From positions 1 to 58,309 of the forward strand of contig DUMM01000048.1 in the NCBI GenBank assembly GCA_012839845.1: DNA of 58,309 nt. The letters are read 5' to 3'. The notes beneath the pieces were generated by a model. It searched no databases, was not told where the DNA came from, and worked only from the letters and a program-made list of their open reading frames with translations. The stretch's first letter is position 1, and each line of letters opens with the position of its first letter. This stretch comes from Bacillota bacterium. Its GTDB lineage: Bacteria > Bacillota > Limnochordia > DTU087. Position numbers and translations under genes: made by a program. Positions 56,671 to 58,309 of the stretch are shown in pieces.

Positions 56671-58158
56671 ATGACGGCGGACGGGACTGTTGAGCCCGTA
56701 ACAGAACTTAATGATCAAATGCTCATCCGCAGACAAAAGCTGGAGGAATGGCGGGCTGAAGGAGTTGAGCCCTTCGGCCAAAGATATGATAGAACCCACA
56801 CCGCTGAAGAGATCAAGACCCAGTTTGATACCCTGGAAGGGCAAGAGGTTTCCATCGCAGGCAGGATAGTTGCCAAGAGAGGTCACGGAAAAGCCAGCTT
56901 CGCTGACTTACTGGACGGATCGGGCACAATTCAGCTGTTCATCAAAATCAATACCGTAGGTGAGAGAGTCTACAAGCAGTATCAGAGGCTGGACCTGGGC
57001 GATATCATCGGCGTCAAGGGCACTGTCTTTCGTACCCGTATGGGCGAGATCAGCGTGGAGATTCAGGAGTTCTCGCTGTTAAGTAAAGCGCTGCGGCCTC
57101 TCCCCGAGAAATGGCATGGTCTGAAAGATGTTGACCTGCGCTACCGGATGCGTTATTTAGACCTGATCGCCAATCCCGAGGTAAGACAGTTGTTTATCAC
57201 CCGGAGCAAAATCATTCAAGGGATCAGGGAGTTCTTGCTGGCTCGTGGTTACCTGGAAGTGGAGACCCCGATGCTCAATGTCATTCCGGGAGGTGCCAAT
57301 GCCCGGCCCTTCATCACCCATCACAACGCTCTCGATATGGATCTCTACATGCGGATCGCTCCTGAGCTGTATCTGAAGAGACTGCTGGTCGGAGGTTTTG
57401 AGAAGGTTTTCGAGATCGGCAAAAACTTCCGCAATGAAGGGATCTCAACGAAGCACAACCCGGAATACACCATGGTGGAGCTGTACGAGGCCTACGGTGA
57501 TGCCAACACTATGATGGCTTTGACTGAGGAATTGTTTGCCCATCTGGCTGTGCTGATAAAAGGAACAACGAAGGTAGAGTTCCAAGGGCAGGTTATTGAC
57601 CTTGCTCCCCCATGGCCCCGGATGCCTATGCTGGAGGCCATAAAGAAGTACGCCGGTGTGGATCTTGAGGGAGTCAGCGATGAAGAAGCGGTCAAGCTGG
57701 CCAAAGACAAAGGCTTGGAGCTCCCTCCTGGAGCAGGCAGGGCTCAGGTGATCAATGAGCTGTTCGATGAGCTTGTTGAGCCGCACCTATTGGGGCCGAT
57801 CTTTATTACAGAGCACCCGGTGGAGATCTCTCCGCTGGCTAAGCGCAAGCCGGATAATCCCGCAGTGACCGACCGGTTTGAACCGTATATTGTCGGGTGG
57901 GAAATGGCCAATGGATTCAGTGAGCTCAATGATCCGATTGATCAGAAGGAGCGCTTTATCCGGCAGATGGAGCAGCGAAAGGCCGGCGATGACGAGGCCC
58001 ACATGATGGATGAAGACTATATCGTGGCACTAGAGCACGGCATGCCGCCTGCCGGAGGGCTGGGGATCGGTATCGATCGGCTGGTTATGCTGCTGACCGA
58101 TTCGCCGTCTATCCGCGACGTAATACTGTTCCCGCATATGCGGCCCCGAAGTGACTAG
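56671..58158 (+). CDS. lysS: lysine--tRNA ligase (class II)
   Basis: '[25 protein letters not shown]', OB fold 'V.IAGRIV.KR.HGKASFA.L.D.SG.IQL', motif 2 '[19 protein letters not shown]', motif 3 '[17 protein letters not shown]'. Confidence 0.97.
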   Translation: MTADGTVEPVTELNDQMLIRRQKLEEWRAEGVEPFGQRYDRTHTAEEIKTQFDTLEGQEVSIAGRIVAKRGHGKASFADLLDGSGTIQLFIKINTVGERVYKQYQRLDLGDIIGVKGTVFRTRMGEISVEIQEFSLLSKALRPLPEKWHGLKDVDLRYRMRYLDLIANPEVRQLFITRSKIIQGIREFLLARGYLEVETPMLNVIPGGANARPFITHHNALDMDLYMRIAPELYLKRLLVGGFEKVFEIGKNFRNEGISTKHNPEYTMVELYEAYGDANTMMALTEELFAHLAVLIKGTTKVEFQGQVIDLAPPWPRMPMLEAIKKYAGVDLEGVSDEEAVKLAKDKGLELPPGAGRAQVINELFDELVEPHLLGPIFITEHPVEISPLAKRKPDNPAVTDRFEPYIVGWEMANGFSELNDPIDQKERFIRQMEQRKAGDDEAHMMDEDYIVALEHGMPPAGGLGIGIDRLVMLLTDSPSIRDVILFPHMRPRSD

Positions 58159-58169
58159 CTTTGCAGGGG

Positions 58170-58199
58170 TTGACAATGACCGGCAGGGCATGGTATTAT
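58170..58199 (+). promoter_or_regulatory. strong sigma-A-like promoter reading out of the window (possibly an rRNA/tRNA operon)
   Basis: TTGACA (58170-58175), 18-nt spacer, TGGTATTAT (extended -10, 58191-58199). It is followed by about 110 nt of GC-rich nested hairpins and no ORF. Confidence 0.55.
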
Positions 58200-58309
58200 C
58201 AAGCCGCTGCGGGGAGCGGCAACAGATTCGTAACAAAAGGTAAGCTGAGGGAAGAGCACCGCCGGGGCTGCAGGCGGTGCCGCAGGGTCCCTGCGGGTCG
58301 GTGGGACCC

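Overview
This 58.3 kb window looks like core chromosome from a spore-forming, anaerobic Firmicute (Clostridia-like). That placement is inferred from gene content only. Nearly all genes are on the + strand and are housekeeping genes.

Gene content, left to right:
- DUF421, FAD oxidoreductase and DedA genes, then tRNA-Arg(CCG).
- A redox/C1 block: nfnAB-like, folD, a RACo-type corrinoid activase, a small corrinoid protein, and acyl-CoA dehydrogenase with etfB and a ferredoxin-fused etfA.
- nfo, then a cobalamin-riboswitch-controlled btuF/btuD/cobO/btuC operon.
- Phosphohexomutase, htrA and rlmH.
- glyQS, rex, a ribose-type sugar ABC transporter and an MCP.
- fhs, ndk, a large SpoIID-SPOR-beta-propeller protein, speE, argS, pyrG, fba, rho, an M23 peptidase, rpmE and dusB.
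- greA and lysS, followed by a strong promoter and a GC-rich structured leader at the right edge.

Mobile DNA is limited to one intact ISLre2/UPF0236-type insertion sequence (1579 bp). It has imperfect terminal inverted repeats and a perfect 9-bp target duplication. I found no CRISPR array, rRNA gene or recognisable defence island.

The most interesting loci, none of them proven:
1. A 116-aa, 40% glutamine, internally duplicated protein. It resembles gamma-type small acid-soluble spore proteins, a class normally associated with Bacillales.
2. A three-gene module inserted in the conserved dusB...greA-lysS neighbourhood. It encodes an HTH protein, a protein of unknown function and a cyanobacterial acyl-ACP-reductase-like oxidoreductase.
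3. An orphan corrinoid protein plus activase lying between folD and a Bcd/Etf set, with no methyltransferase nearby.
4. A GATC-dense, phased degenerate repeat tract in a 0.6 kb convergent intergenic region.
5. Several fusion or unknown proteins, and RNA hairpins that occlude start codons.

All product calls rest on reading the translated ORFs against remembered family motifs. No database search was run.
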